From Octopus bimaculoides (lineage: Eukaryota): a stretch of 62,377 nt of DNA. The notes under the pieces were generated by a model that was not told the origin of the DNA, made no database searches, and saw only the letters and a program-made list of their open reading frames with translations. A program made the position numbers and the translations under genes. Each line of letters starts with the position of its first letter. Position 1 is the stretch's first letter. Shown piece after piece: positions 1-11,358 of the stretch. The DNA lies in the NCBI RefSeq assembly GCF_001194135.2, contig NC_068984.1:128490860-128553236 (forward strand). Reading direction: 5' to 3'.

Positions 1-197
1 ATAACAACAACAACATCGAAGAATACCTTAGGAATGAGAACCCAGGTTCGAAATTTCCCCAAGACACCTGAAGAAGGCTGGAGGGTATATCAGCCGAAAT
101 GTTGTGTTAACAACAAACAAGATGAGGACAAATATCCATCGAATGTAAATAAGGTAAATAATGTACATAATTCCTCATCTCTTAAATATAGAACTGA
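1..197 (+). mobile_element. Short non-coding interspersed repeat carrying the hammerhead-like motif (Penelope-like pseudo-LTR); second copy about 8745-8900 on the minus strand
   Basis: Two copies in the window are clearly alignable in opposite orientations; ORFs 34..438 and 8495..8962 share MRTQV.NFP.TP.E.WRVYQPK only for this reason. Confidence 0.6.
63..108 (+). ncRNA. Minimal type-I hammerhead-ribozyme-like motif in a short Penelope-like repeat
   Basis: GACAC-CTGAAGA-A-GGCTG(10 nt)CAGCC-GAAA-T-GTT-GTGTT gives stem I, core, stem II, GAAA, a loopless stem III and cleavage triplet GUU. It has one extra nucleotide after A9. Confidence 0.6.
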
Positions 198-739
198 ATT
201 AATGTTTTTTGTTTTCTTAGTTGTTTTTATATTTTGCAAAGCATTTATTTCATTATCATTCATTGCTTTGTTCATAGCATTTCCACTTCTAAACAAGGTT
301 AAAAAAAAATACTCTCCACAATCCCATGGGGTACAGTGTATAGTCTCTAGATGTACACCCTACATTTTCTCAATGTACAATCCACATCCTCTTGATATAC
401 ACTCCATGCTCTCTAGTGGTTCCCTTTGTGTTGTGTAGTGGTATACTCCACCTCCTTTCAGGGAACACCGCAAGGTTTACTGATGTACACTGCACAACCT
501 CCACACTCCTTATCTTATTGATATACACTCCAGAAGTTCTCCACATCGTCTTGACATACACGCTGCCTTCTCTATGTACACCCCACATTCTGTATTGTAC
601 ATACTCCACTATCTAGGAGTACATGCCAAAACTCTACACATGCATTTCTTAATATCTAGGTGTACTCTCTGTGCCTTCTAAATATACATTCCAAACCCAC
701 TTCCATATTGCATGTATGCATGCATGCACATGCATATAT

Positions 740-777
<38 letters not shown>

Positions 778-1089
778 TACAACGTATGTACACCTACACG
801 TGTGCACGTATACATCCATATGCACATGTATATAAATATAAATCATCATCATCATGATCATCATTATCATAGAGCATCCCCTTTTTCTATATTGGCATAG
901 GCTGAACAATACTTGAGGCAGTTTTCTTTAGCTGGATACCCTTCTTTTGCCCAACCCTTCCTTATATCCCTGGTGTTATACTCAATGAAATTGCTCAGTG
1001 GCAGAACATGCTTCTATGGTAGATTTAAACAATGACACATCTACTGATGTTTTCTAAAGTATGTAAGCAATCTCAAAATATAAACTCAC

Positions 1090-1122
<33 letters not shown>

Positions 1123-1146
1123 TGTTCACTACAAATATACATAATA

Positions 1147-1448
1147 GGCACAGGAGTGGGTGTGTGGTAAGTAGCTTGCTTTACCAACCACATGGTTCCG
1201 AGTTTAGTCCCACTACGTGGCTCCTTGGGTAAGTGTTTTCTACTATAGCCTCGAGCCAACCAAAGCCTTGTGATTAGATTTGGTAGACAGAAACTGAAAG
1301 AAGCCCGTCGTATATATATATATATATATAAAAGAAAGTTGGTCGTCTTCTGTTGGTTGTTTTTCCTCGCATTAGGTACTAAATGTGGTTATTTTGAGAA
1401 GTCCAGTGTGTGGCGTTATTATTTTCTGTAATAATGCCCTTTATATAA

Positions 1449-1480
<32 letters not shown>

Positions 1481-1790
1481 GCTTGTATATGTTTGTGCAT
1501 CTGTATTTGCCCCCCCNNNNNNNNNNNNNNNNNNNNNNNNNNNNNNNNNNNNNNNNNNNNNNNNNNNNNNNNNNNNNNNNNNNNNNNNNNNNNNNNNNNN
1601 NNNNNCCCCCCCCAACATTGCTTGACAACTGATGCAAGTGTGTTTACGACCCCATAACTTAGTGGTTTGGCAAAACAGACTGGTAGAATAAGTACTAGGC
1701 TTACAAAGAATAAGTCCTGGGGTCAATTTGCTTGACTAAAGGCAGGGGTCCAGCATGGCCACAGCCAAATGACGGAAACAAATAAAATAA
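1147..1790 (+). mobile_element. SINE family 1 (tRNA-like head, internal (TA)n/(TG)n, AAGAGTA tail)
   Basis: GGCGCAGGAGTGGCTGTGTGGTAAG...GGTTCAGTCCCACTG head (A/B-box-like); many alignable copies in the window. Confidence 0.85.
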
Positions 1791-2544
1791 TAATACACGC
1801 AAATATGGACACATACATGCATACAAACATACATATATATATATATATAACGAGACACTATATATACATGTGTGTTCGTTCATATATCTCTACTCATAGA
1901 AAGCAACTGAAAGAGTTGGCATCAGGAAGGGCAATCATTCATGAAATACTGGCTCAAAACACTTTGTTTAATCTATGCTAGTATGGAAAATTGAATGTAA
2001 AAATGATGATGATGATGATATATATTTTCCGGGTATTTTCAGTGAAAAAACGAAAAAGAAAACGTACAATTAAATACTACATGCATGGTAAGGTGGAGAG
2101 TTAATATTTTTTATTATTGTTGGAATGTTTTGTTGTATGGATCAAAGACCCCGTTTTAACCATTTTTGGTTTTGTCAGGAATGATAACTCTTATTCAAAA
2201 TTGGCAAAAGAAATAAAAGAGTCATAGAATGCATCTACTAACAACACATTAAAAAGCATCAGTAGCTCCTTCTCTCAGTAAAACTGCAACCGCTGGATCT
2301 AAATATATTAATATACATCAAGAAAAAGGTGAGGAGCTGGCAGAACCATCAGTACACTGGGAAAAATGCTAAGTGCCAATTCATCTATCTTTATGTTACG
2401 AGTTCAAATTCTACTGGGGCCGACTTTGTCTTTCATCCTTTCAGGGTTGATAAAATAAGTACCAGTTGAATACTGGGGTCAACTTACTCCCTCCCCTGAA
2501 ATTGCTGGCCTTGTGCCAAAATTTGGAACCAGTATACATCATGA

Positions 2545-3170
2545 AGTAATGTATGTGGCAGATGTGCAGGAGTATTTAGCAATCAGAGCAATACTAAAAT
2601 CAATTCTGTTCAATGTCCAGAATGTTCCATAGATGTGGTTGATATCTTCTGTTACCCAGGAACCTAATCAGCTGTGGACGAGGATCCCTTGAAACTATAG
2701 TAGCTAGAAAAACTTCAGAGAGCTATTCCCTCTGCTAGAAACAAGGTGATTCTCTTAAATGAAGGGCAGATTGTAAGTGTTCACTGCTTGTATTCAAAGT
2801 GTGATGCTGCATTACACTGAAATTTATGCACTGACTGCAGAAAGCTAAGGAAAATGAAGCAAGTATCCTCTGCTGGATGTGTAATGTTAGTGTGTATAAA
2901 ATGATAATCAGATATAGTGTGCAGGAGAGACAACTGTTTTTGTTATGGACTGCATAAAGATGGTGACAAGTGGGTACTTTGCCTATCTGTCTTTATCTGT
3001 ATGTCAGGAAATCCAAGTGGAAGGAAACTATGGAAGAGGAAGATCAACCAAGACACAGGCAAGAGTCATAAAAGTTGTTCTCAGGATGTTGAACTTTACA
3101 AAGGAACAACAAATAGTGGGACAATGTATTGGAGAAAGGTCCTCCAACTGCTTTTTTTTTTTGCTCACAT
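2545..3170 (+). mobile_element. Degenerate RTE-clade LINE, 3' part of the ORF
   Basis: Frameshifted peptides VCGRCAG, IDVVDIFCY, QERQLFCYG and VEGNYGRGRSTKT...LRMLNFT resemble the RTE C-terminus (RLRWYGH...VEG.RGRGRP.KTW). Confidence 0.65.
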
Positions 3171-3898
3171 TTTTCCATGTAATCCATGTTTTTTCCAGGC
3201 TATTGTGCTAATTAATAATGTGTCAAATAGCGATGTTGATAACTTTTTCCTTATCTCACTGACGCCAGTGACATATATTAAAAGTCCCCTTACAGAACTA
3301 TATTCATAAAAATCTAAAGAACTATATTATCACCCTCGAATTTGAGAAACAAGCACTCATAACTTTTTTCTTTTAAAACTTCATTGCATGAGATTGATAC
3401 TGTGAAATTCCTCGAATTTAGTTCTATCATTTAAGCTTAATTGAAATATAATTTGTTTTTAAAATAAAAAAGTTAATTATACTCTAATCCAATTTTTTGC
3501 CTTACTTATATTTTTTTAATATTTTACCTCACAACTTTTTTGATACAAATTTTTGTTGCATGGGACCAAATCTATGAAATTATTCATGCTTTCTTCTATC
3601 ATTGAAGCTAAGATAAATATATTTTACTTTTAAAATAAAAAAGTTATTTAGATCTAAACTTGATAGGTGGCATTACTTACTCTCCTATAACATTGCTACA
3701 AATTTTGATGTAAACTTTTTTCTACTGGGTCAAATCTGAATTTTTTTTATGCCAAAATGTAGCTAGGGACCAGTTCTCTTCAAAAAGTGTTAAGTTTTCA
3801 ATTTGGTTAAGAACTAAATTAGCTACAAGCTCTGAAAGATGCTACGTGTAGGGAAATTGCAGCCTTAAGAGTATTATTCAATTGCTACCATAGTTGAA

Positions 3899-3942
<44 letters not shown>

Positions 3943-4286
3943 TTATGGTCACCAGTAGAGGAACACATGGTAGTCAAGTAGAAGAAAATAAAACTATCAA
4001 AACATAACTGTCTCTCACACACATTAAAATTGGTCTTGTCATTTTCTCACTCTCTCCTTATGTGTTGGCTTTTGAGTCACTTTTGCAACTGCTGCCAATT
4101 AAAAATACACTTATATTCTATTTATCCTGTTTGTTATACTAAACCTGTGTATATACACACACACACACACATGTATATACATAGTCTGTATGTATGTATA
4201 TAAACATCTATAATTATATATGTGTGTGTGTGTTTGTGTATTTGTATAAGTATGCCAGCATGGAATGTGGCCATTAAACGATGATG

Positions 4287-4345
<59 letters not shown>

Positions 4346-4692
4346 GGTTGGTAAGTCACACAAGTGTGCGTGTATATGTGTGTGCATGTTTTGTTTGTGT
4401 ATTTGTGCATGCATATTGACAAATGAGTATGTATGTCGGTGCGTGTATGCATGTATTTTCCTCCCTATGTATCTGTTTCTTCCAGTGTGCACACTGCATT
4501 TTCTTTCTTATTGATGATTTGAGCAATAACAACTCCTCCAAAGCCCCTACCAGCATGGAAAATGGATGTTAACTAATGATGATGGTATAAATTATACATG
4601 CAAAGAAAACAGTGGATTATGAATTCTAACATTCCCTTCGCACCTACCTATGTTGATATATTTTATGATTTGTGTTTGTATTCATCTTTCAG

Positions 4693-7025
4693 ATCAAGAA
4701 TTCTGCAAGAAACTGAAGAAATCCCTGGTTACATCTCATGAACCACTGTGTCCTTGGTCATCTAATCCTAGTCCAGGTTGGGAAATTATATTTGATCATC
4801 CTTGTCTTTCTTTAGAAGCTTGTCATTTCCTGTTGAATTATTAGACTATAAGGTTACCAAGAAATGTATTTGTGATAGCCATTTATGTACGAGGGGGTGC
4901 TGTAATGTTCCTGACATTTAGGGTATTANNNNNNNNNNNNNNNNNNNNNNNNNNNNNNNNNNNNNNNNNNNNNNNNNNNNNNNNNNNNNNNNNNNNNNNN
5001 NNNNNNNNNNNNNNNNNNNNNNNNNNNNNNNNNNNNNNNNNNNNNNNNNNNNNNNNNNNNNNNNNNNNNNNNNNNNNNNNNNNNNNNNNNNNNNNNNNNN
5101 NNNNNNNNNNNNNNNNNNNNNNNNNNNNNNNNNNNNNNNNNNNNNNNNNNNNNNNNNNNNNNNNNNNNNNNNNNNNNNNNNNNNNNNNNNNNNNNNNNNN
5201 NNNNNNNNNNNNNNNNNNNNNNNNNNNNNNNNNNNNNNNNNNNNNNNNNNNNNNNNNNNNNNNNNNNNNNNNNNNNNNNNNNNNNNNNNNNNNNNNNNNN
5301 NNNNNNNNNNNNNNNNNNNNNNNNNNNNNNNNNNNNGTCATGTTAGAATGGGTTAGACAAAAACATCTTCAGAATTGCTCTGACATATTACATTAGTTGC
5401 TTTCCTAGTCATGTAGTTGATGGCTTCTAACCCCTCTGACAGTCTACTAAGATTAGTTATATACTGACTGCCTTAATTCTTCCGTAACTGAATAGTACTC
5501 TAGGAAATCTTAATATCTTCAACACAGATCCTTGTTCGTCCTTAACAGATTTTACACATTATTGCTCTTGTGGTCATACTACTGCACCACTACCACCACC
5601 ACCACTACTACTAGAACAACACCATTCTGTTGAGTGCTATAATGTATCTGTATGTTGTCGGCAAGCTGTCCACAATATTTGTTTCTTCAATGGTTTCTTA
5701 ATATTTTTTTCTCTTTGTAGGTACTCTTACCAAACTTTTGGAATAAGTTGTGTAAAGTCTTTGAAGCCAAATTCATAGAATCTGATATAAAACCTAACCT
5801 CAACAAATTATTACCACTTGCTGTGTGTGGGTGGTCAACAAGGTTAGTTATCTTATCTATTTATTACTGTTGAATAAGATTACTGTTACTTGTTTCTTTT
5901 ACTGAAGTTTTTCCTTCAATTTTAGTAAAAAAAAGGCAATAACAATAGATATATTAATTTTTGGGTTTTAGCTCTCCCATCATATTTTCGGTAAGATGTA
6001 GCTGCTCTTGTAGGTAATTTGGCTGTTATTTCTAATAGGTTGAGTAACATGTAGTTACCTGTCTAGCTAATGCTGTGACAGCTATACATAACCTTAATAT
6101 GAATATTATTCATATTAAGATGTCAGGTTATTGGTAGCTGAGATTTCAATGCAAATATTATTATTAAACATTTTAAACAGCAATTTGAGATGGAGACAAG
6201 AAAAACAATGGTTGTGAGTTATTTATGATTATGAATGTCAATCCAAAGGAGGACAGATTGCTCTGTTAGACATTAATAGTATAGCCTATCTTGCTAGTAC
6301 TAAATCACTAACAAATTCTCTTCCTAATTATTAAAAAGCAAGAAATAAAAATGCTTATAGTATCTAATTTAAGAATAGAAGATGGAACATGCTCTGAAGT
6401 TTAATCAGTAGCACAGTTTTGATGGACAACTATTCAAAGTCCAGTCACTGAGCCTGTTGTTTCCAACTTAAATTGGTGTTTAAAATGCTTTTTTTTTTTA
6501 TATCAAAATGGCAGATTGGAAGGTTGATAAGTGCTAGGCATTCAATGTAAATAACCCACCTGAGTTTTAGATTAACAATAGTGATAAGATCAACCAATAT
6601 AGACTGTTACAAACTATCCAGTTGATGTCTGTTGGTCTTTAGCTATGTTGACCCTGCTGGATATATCATCTGTGTCATGTCTAAAAAGTTATGAGTCTTT
6701 GTCTCCTTCCACTCAGTTCAAAGGTAATTAAAGATAAATTATGACTTAATGCAGGATTACCAAATAGCTGCAAGTTGACTTGAGCAAAGATTGATAGTTG
6801 GTAGCACCAAGATAAAATCTGCTGTAGATCAGAACAAGATAAGTACAAATTGGTTTTTGAAAAAATATAATGGAGACTACAAAAATATAGGATCTGTTTT
6901 CCATGCTGGCATTGGTTGGATGGTTTCACAGGAGCTGTCCAGTCTCCAATTGTCTGTTGTGGCATGGTTTCTATGGCTGGATGCCCTTCCTAACACCAAC
7001 CACTATACAGTGGCACAAATGTATG

Positions 7026-7066
<41 letters not shown>

Positions 7067-8676
7067 ACACACACACACACATATATGAAATTAAATTTCA
7101 ATTTAGAAGCAGCTCTAACAATGTAAATATTGATGTCGCATAGTTAATGTATATGTTTTGTTTAAATGCTTTTCGGCTGCAATATTTCATCCAGGGGAAG
7201 TCCTTTTGGTTTTAAAATTACTCCCTTTGTATTAACAGCCAGAGTGAAGATGTGATTATCTGCAAGTACTGCCAGCGTCATATTGCTTTGTGGAATTATG
7301 TTCGGGTTGCATCTTCACCTAACTTAAATGGGCACGTATTCACAAAAGCACCAGAGACACCACATACAAGGAAAAGAAAGAAATCTAATAATACTGTGAA
7401 TGAGAAACGCATTAAACTTGTGAGTATCAGTTATTGTAAACTGTTATTAATGTAAACTGTCTATAATTTGACGTATTCTATGTTGTTTGTTACTGTTTAC
7501 TGATGCTACTAGGATTTACTGTTTAGACTGAAAGGATCAGATGCTAATCATTGGCTCAGTCCCATTCAAGGAATCTTAATATTTGGAAGTGGTAACAGAT
7601 TTCATAATTGTTGCTATAATGTTGTTTATCAGTGATGATTTACAGTGTATACACATGTGGCAGTCTTCTACAAGGTCCTATCCTCATTGCAGTGTAGTGG
7701 CTTGTATGTCTCATTGACCCTGCGAGCTAAACCAGCAGAGTTCCAAGTTCCTGGTAGGTCTTCCCCTGTTGGACAGACCAAAGGATAGAGGCCAGACTAA
7801 AATGGACCAGCTCCCAGAAGTAAAAATGGGTTTGCTTAAAGTCCTATTTAGAAAGACTCAAAGTTATGGAAGCATCAATGACAGTTCAACACCAACAAGA
7901 ACTGGGAGTAGAAAGCTTTAGGGCAGCCTTAAGTCAAGAACAGTGAAGAAAAATTCCTCAATGATCTATCCACCATAGGGAGCGATGGGGATAAAACCAA
8001 ACAAAAGAAATCAAATGGCAATAGTAAAGTTATGTTGAAATGGTTTTTAAATTTCTTCTTTAACCATTAACTCAAACTTGAAAACGTAGCCACGTGTCAT
8101 TTACAGCCGAGAAGTCTTTGTCTTCTTACAAGTGCTGCTACCACACAAAATGCACTTGTGCTGGTACCAGGTGAAATGTAATTGTGCTGGTGGCATGTAA
8201 AAAACACCCAGTACATTTTGTAAAATGGTTGGCATTAGGAAGGGTATCTAGCCATAAAGACTATGCCAAAACAGACAGTTGAAGCCTGGCCAGCTTCTCT
8301 CAGACCGTCTAACCCATACCAGCATCAAAAATGGACATTAAACAGATGGATGAAGAGCGAATGGTAAAGAGGGTGATGAAGGCAGAAGTGGTAGACAACA
8401 GAACCAGAGGCAGACCTCGGTTTGTGTAGATGGATCGATGGAGTGAGGAAAGCTTTGGTGGTTACAGGTGTTGGAGTGAGAAAGGCAAGAGAGTTTATAA
8501 ATGATAGGAAAGCTTGGAGAGTGTTAGTGGATGGATGAGTGAATTTGGGGGTTGCATTCTATGCCCTGGCCTGAGCATAGGACGGAGCTCGCCTATATGA
8601 GCTGGGAAATGAATGGAATGCCTGGTGTGTGTCTTGTGGTTATCCTTTCTTAAAAAAAATGGGGAATAGTCCTGGG

Positions 8677-8713
<37 letters not shown>

Positions 8714-11358
8714 GCATACATACCACTTACCACTATCTTTAAAACCAGTGTCATATACATTATTTACATTCGACAGATATTTGTCCTCATCTTGTTTGTT
8801 GTTAGCACGTTTCGGCTGATACACCCTCCAGCTTTCATCAGGTGTATTGGGGAAATTTTGAACCTGGGTTCTCATTCCTAAGGTATTTTTCGATGCTATT
8901 ATTATTGCAGCATGGAAGGTGTTTATAAGCCATTTAAGAAACACAAAAACCGTTAGATTCACTTCAACATTTAAATTTAATTTGCCAAAATATTTTCGTC
9001 ACTTTGAGACTGTGACCTGTTCACTGACAAAATTCCGTGCTGCATCTTATTATTATTATTAAATTTAAAAAAATTTTATTTCAGAGTATTAAAGATAGCT
9101 TAGACCCTGTTTCAGAGCACCGCAATTGGTGTCCCTGGGTAAACATTGATTCATGCCAAACTGCAGAGGTGCTAGAAATGGAATTGAATCTGTTAAACGA
9201 TGCAGTGGAAAAATGTACTTCAGGAGCTCTCTCAGTACATGCTGGTCATGACTTCCCTTCAAAGAAGAAAATAGTTGCTTGGGCTGAGATTTGTATCATC
9301 CTGGCAGAATATTTTGGTATCTGTGATTCCACCAGTCCTGAAAAGGTAAGCCATGTCACTAGTGGGAATAGTTTTATTTGCTGATCTTGATTTATTTCAT
9401 TGGGTTGTAATATATGCAAGATAAAGGCTGCACAAATGAGTTTCATGAAACTGGTCGTCAGACAGTCATGAGTTACAGAACAATACTCTGGTTTCTTCCC
9501 TTTTTCACTCTCCACCCCAACTTCGTTTTTAGCCTCTATGTATTCCTCTTTCTTCCATGTCTGCAACTTCACCTTTCTTTACAGTAATCTTATTTATTTA
9601 ATTTTGCTTTCATTTTATACTGTTTTTTTGTGTGATACTTATTTGCCTATGTCTTAAATGTTAACTTCAGTTTTAATTTTTATCTCATATACCTATTTTG
9701 CTTGTACTATTGATTTCTAAAAGGACTTTTTTTTTAAAATTTGAGTTTATTATTTCCACATATATAAAGCGATTTATATTTTTCCAATATGGCCAGTTGT
9801 TTTCATCCACCAGATTCTTGTTATTTTGAAAAAGTAATTATGCCCTGTCCAATCAGGTTTAAATGTTTATTTGATGAGTTGCTAAACAGTTATCATTTTA
9901 ACATTCATAAACCATAATATTATTCAAAATACTCATGATATTCTGGCAATCAGTTAAATGAAACTCTGAGTAGCAGCTTCAGTAAAACACATATATCACA
10001 CACAAATTCACTAAGTTACTATTTGCCTCTAGACCATTAACTAAGTTCCTCTCTTACTGTATGTAACCCCTTTTATTACGTGTTTGTGTACTACATTTAG
10101 CTCCTTTTGCTAAGTCTTTGTCTATCACATCTAACCCCATTTACTGAGTGTTTGTCTACCTTATCAATCCCTTATACTAAGTCTCTGTCCACAATACTAG
10201 TCCCATGTACTACTAAAACATACTTTGCTATGTCTGTCTACCTCCTCATTCTCTGTTATATGTTTTAGTTTTACACGTAATTTAACAGAAGTCTGGTGCA
10301 GGCTTCGGCCTGGCCAGCTCTTGCGGAACCGTCCCACCCATGATAGCATGGAAGACGGATGTTAAATAATGATGATGATGATGATGTTATTTTCCTTTTT
10401 CATTCTAAAATATCAAACTGTTGTTTTTTTTATGTATTTCCAGACATCTCCTTTCTGTCAACTGCGTCATGTGCGTAACCTACTCAGCATGTGGTCATCA
10501 CCTCAGCAGCCTCCTCCAAAATCAAGTTTTATTGTAGATGAAACAGACTCTTCCGTGAAAGATCCACAACCACAGAAGTCTTTACTTTCACCATCTAAAT
10601 CATCAAAGAAAACCACATCTCCAAAAACGAGTTTGTCCCAGCAGAAATCTCCAGAGGCTACAGCAACTGTTTCACCACGAATGACCAGAACAGCTCAGTT
10701 ACTTACCCCTATCATTGCAAAAGAATTTTCTACAACAGACATAACTGAAATTAATTTAGATGAAATTTTGTCTGCTGCAGTAAGTGCCTCTAATACAAAT
10801 GTTAGTACTGTTGTTGAAAAGACCCCACAAAATAAGGCGAGTACCTCTGCAGCAACAACTGCAAAGACTCCAGCTACAGCTAGCTCTGTTTCTATGAAAA
10901 CTGTACCAGCTAGCTCTGTTTCAATGAAGACTGCTGCAACTAGCTCTGTTTATATGAAGACTGCTCCAGCTGAGACCATTCCAAAAACACCAAATAATAG
11001 AAATCCAAACCAACAGACTGTTAATTCTGGTGCTACAGGTCCTACTGGTACCATTTCAAATGCACCAACTCCAGGTGCAAATACTCGGTCAGCTAGTGCC
11101 AACATACCTGGCCACACTGGTGCCATGGCTTCTACTCGCCATGTCCCAGATTCACCACATTTAGGTGCAAATACTCGTTCAGCCAATGTTAATAATCCCC
11201 TTCACACTGGTGCTATGACGACCCGGAGTAACAGTGGTACCCCTCTCCGTTTTCCCAATACACATCCTCCTGTCCAGAGAGGTATGATGACTCGCATGGC
11301 ACAGAAAGCTCATCAACAACAGAACTTTCAAAGACAGAAATGGCGGTGGGCTAACTAA
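4693..11358 (+). CDS. ZC3HC1: ZC3HC1/NIPA homolog (nuclear-basket, C3HC-type zinc protein), 5'-partial. Visible coding exons 4693-4776, 5721-5842, 7239-7419, 9085-9345, 10444-11358 (stop); one exon missing between the first two
   Basis: Exons are bounded by AG/GT. They encode DQEFCKKLKKSLVTSHEPLCPWSSNPSP (cf. remembered human CAELKKALCTAHEKFCFWPDSPSP), LAVCGWS (LSVCGWA), IICKYCQRHIALW (ITCSQCMRKVGLW), a basic RKRKK NLS, DPVSEHRNWCPWVN (DPTSQHRDWCPWVN) and LRHVRNLLSMWSS (SRKVFRIFRQWES). Phases chain from 5721 to the stop. 4776 ends in phase 1 but 5721 starts in phase 0, so an exon is missing. N-terminal exons were not found in the window. Confidence 0.88.
4929..5336. other. Assembly gap. Others at 1517-1606, 12983-12992, 22117-22126, 25643-25943, 27918-28017, 28232-28386, 51064-51073 and 62055-62106
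   Basis: Runs of N. Confidence 0.99.
7690..7960 (+). mobile_element. Probable RTE LINE 5'UTR fragment
   Basis: GGCTTGTATGTCTCATTGACCCT...CTGGTAGGTCTTCCC...GGATAGAGGCCAGACTAA resembles RTE 5' ends as I recall them; not verified. Confidence 0.45.
8345..8665 (+). mobile_element. RTE LINE 3' end
   Basis: Translates as MDEERMVKRVMKAEVVDNRTRGRPRFV*MD..VRKAL...INDRKAWR, followed by a 3'UTR and a microsatellite tail. Confidence 0.75.
8803..8846 (-). ncRNA. Second, damaged copy of the same hammerhead-like motif
   Basis: Minus strand TACAC-CTGATGA-A-AGCTG(10 nt)CAGCC-GAAACGT-GC; a 3-nt deletion removes the cleavage site and the 3' stem I strand. Confidence 0.5.
8906..9044. mobile_element. 139-bp element with 12-bp inverted ends, set in a (TTA)n tract
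   Basis: TGCAGCATGGAA (8906-8917) and TTCCGTGCTGCA (9033-9044) pair at 11/12 positions; TTA repeats on both sides. Confidence 0.5.
8981..9031 (-). ncRNA. Hammerhead-like motif with a G3:C8 covariant core
   Basis: Minus strand TTTGTCA-GTGAACA-G-GTCAC(9 nt)GTGAC-GAAAATATTT-TGGCAAA gives a 7-bp stem I, 5-bp stem II and a palindromic AAAATATTTT stem III. Confidence 0.55.
10879..10968 (+). repeat. Coding 30-nt x3 tandem repeat ((A/T)SSV(S/Y)MKTxx); a 90-nt x2 repeat follows at 11071-11220
   Basis: GCTAGCTCTGTTTCTATGAAAACT recurs every 30 nt; GGTGCAAATACTCG...CACACTGGTGC recurs 90 nt apart. Confidence 0.85.

Noticed and set aside
660-1981. His/Thr/Tyr/Ile-rich ORFs here and throughout the ORF track
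   Set aside because: Translations of (CA)n, (TA)n, (GA)n and (CT)n microsatellites or of N-runs.
10369-10443. MMMMMM start of the 329-aa ORF
   Set aside because: It is the (GAT)n tail of a family-4 repeat in the intron; the exon starts at 10444.
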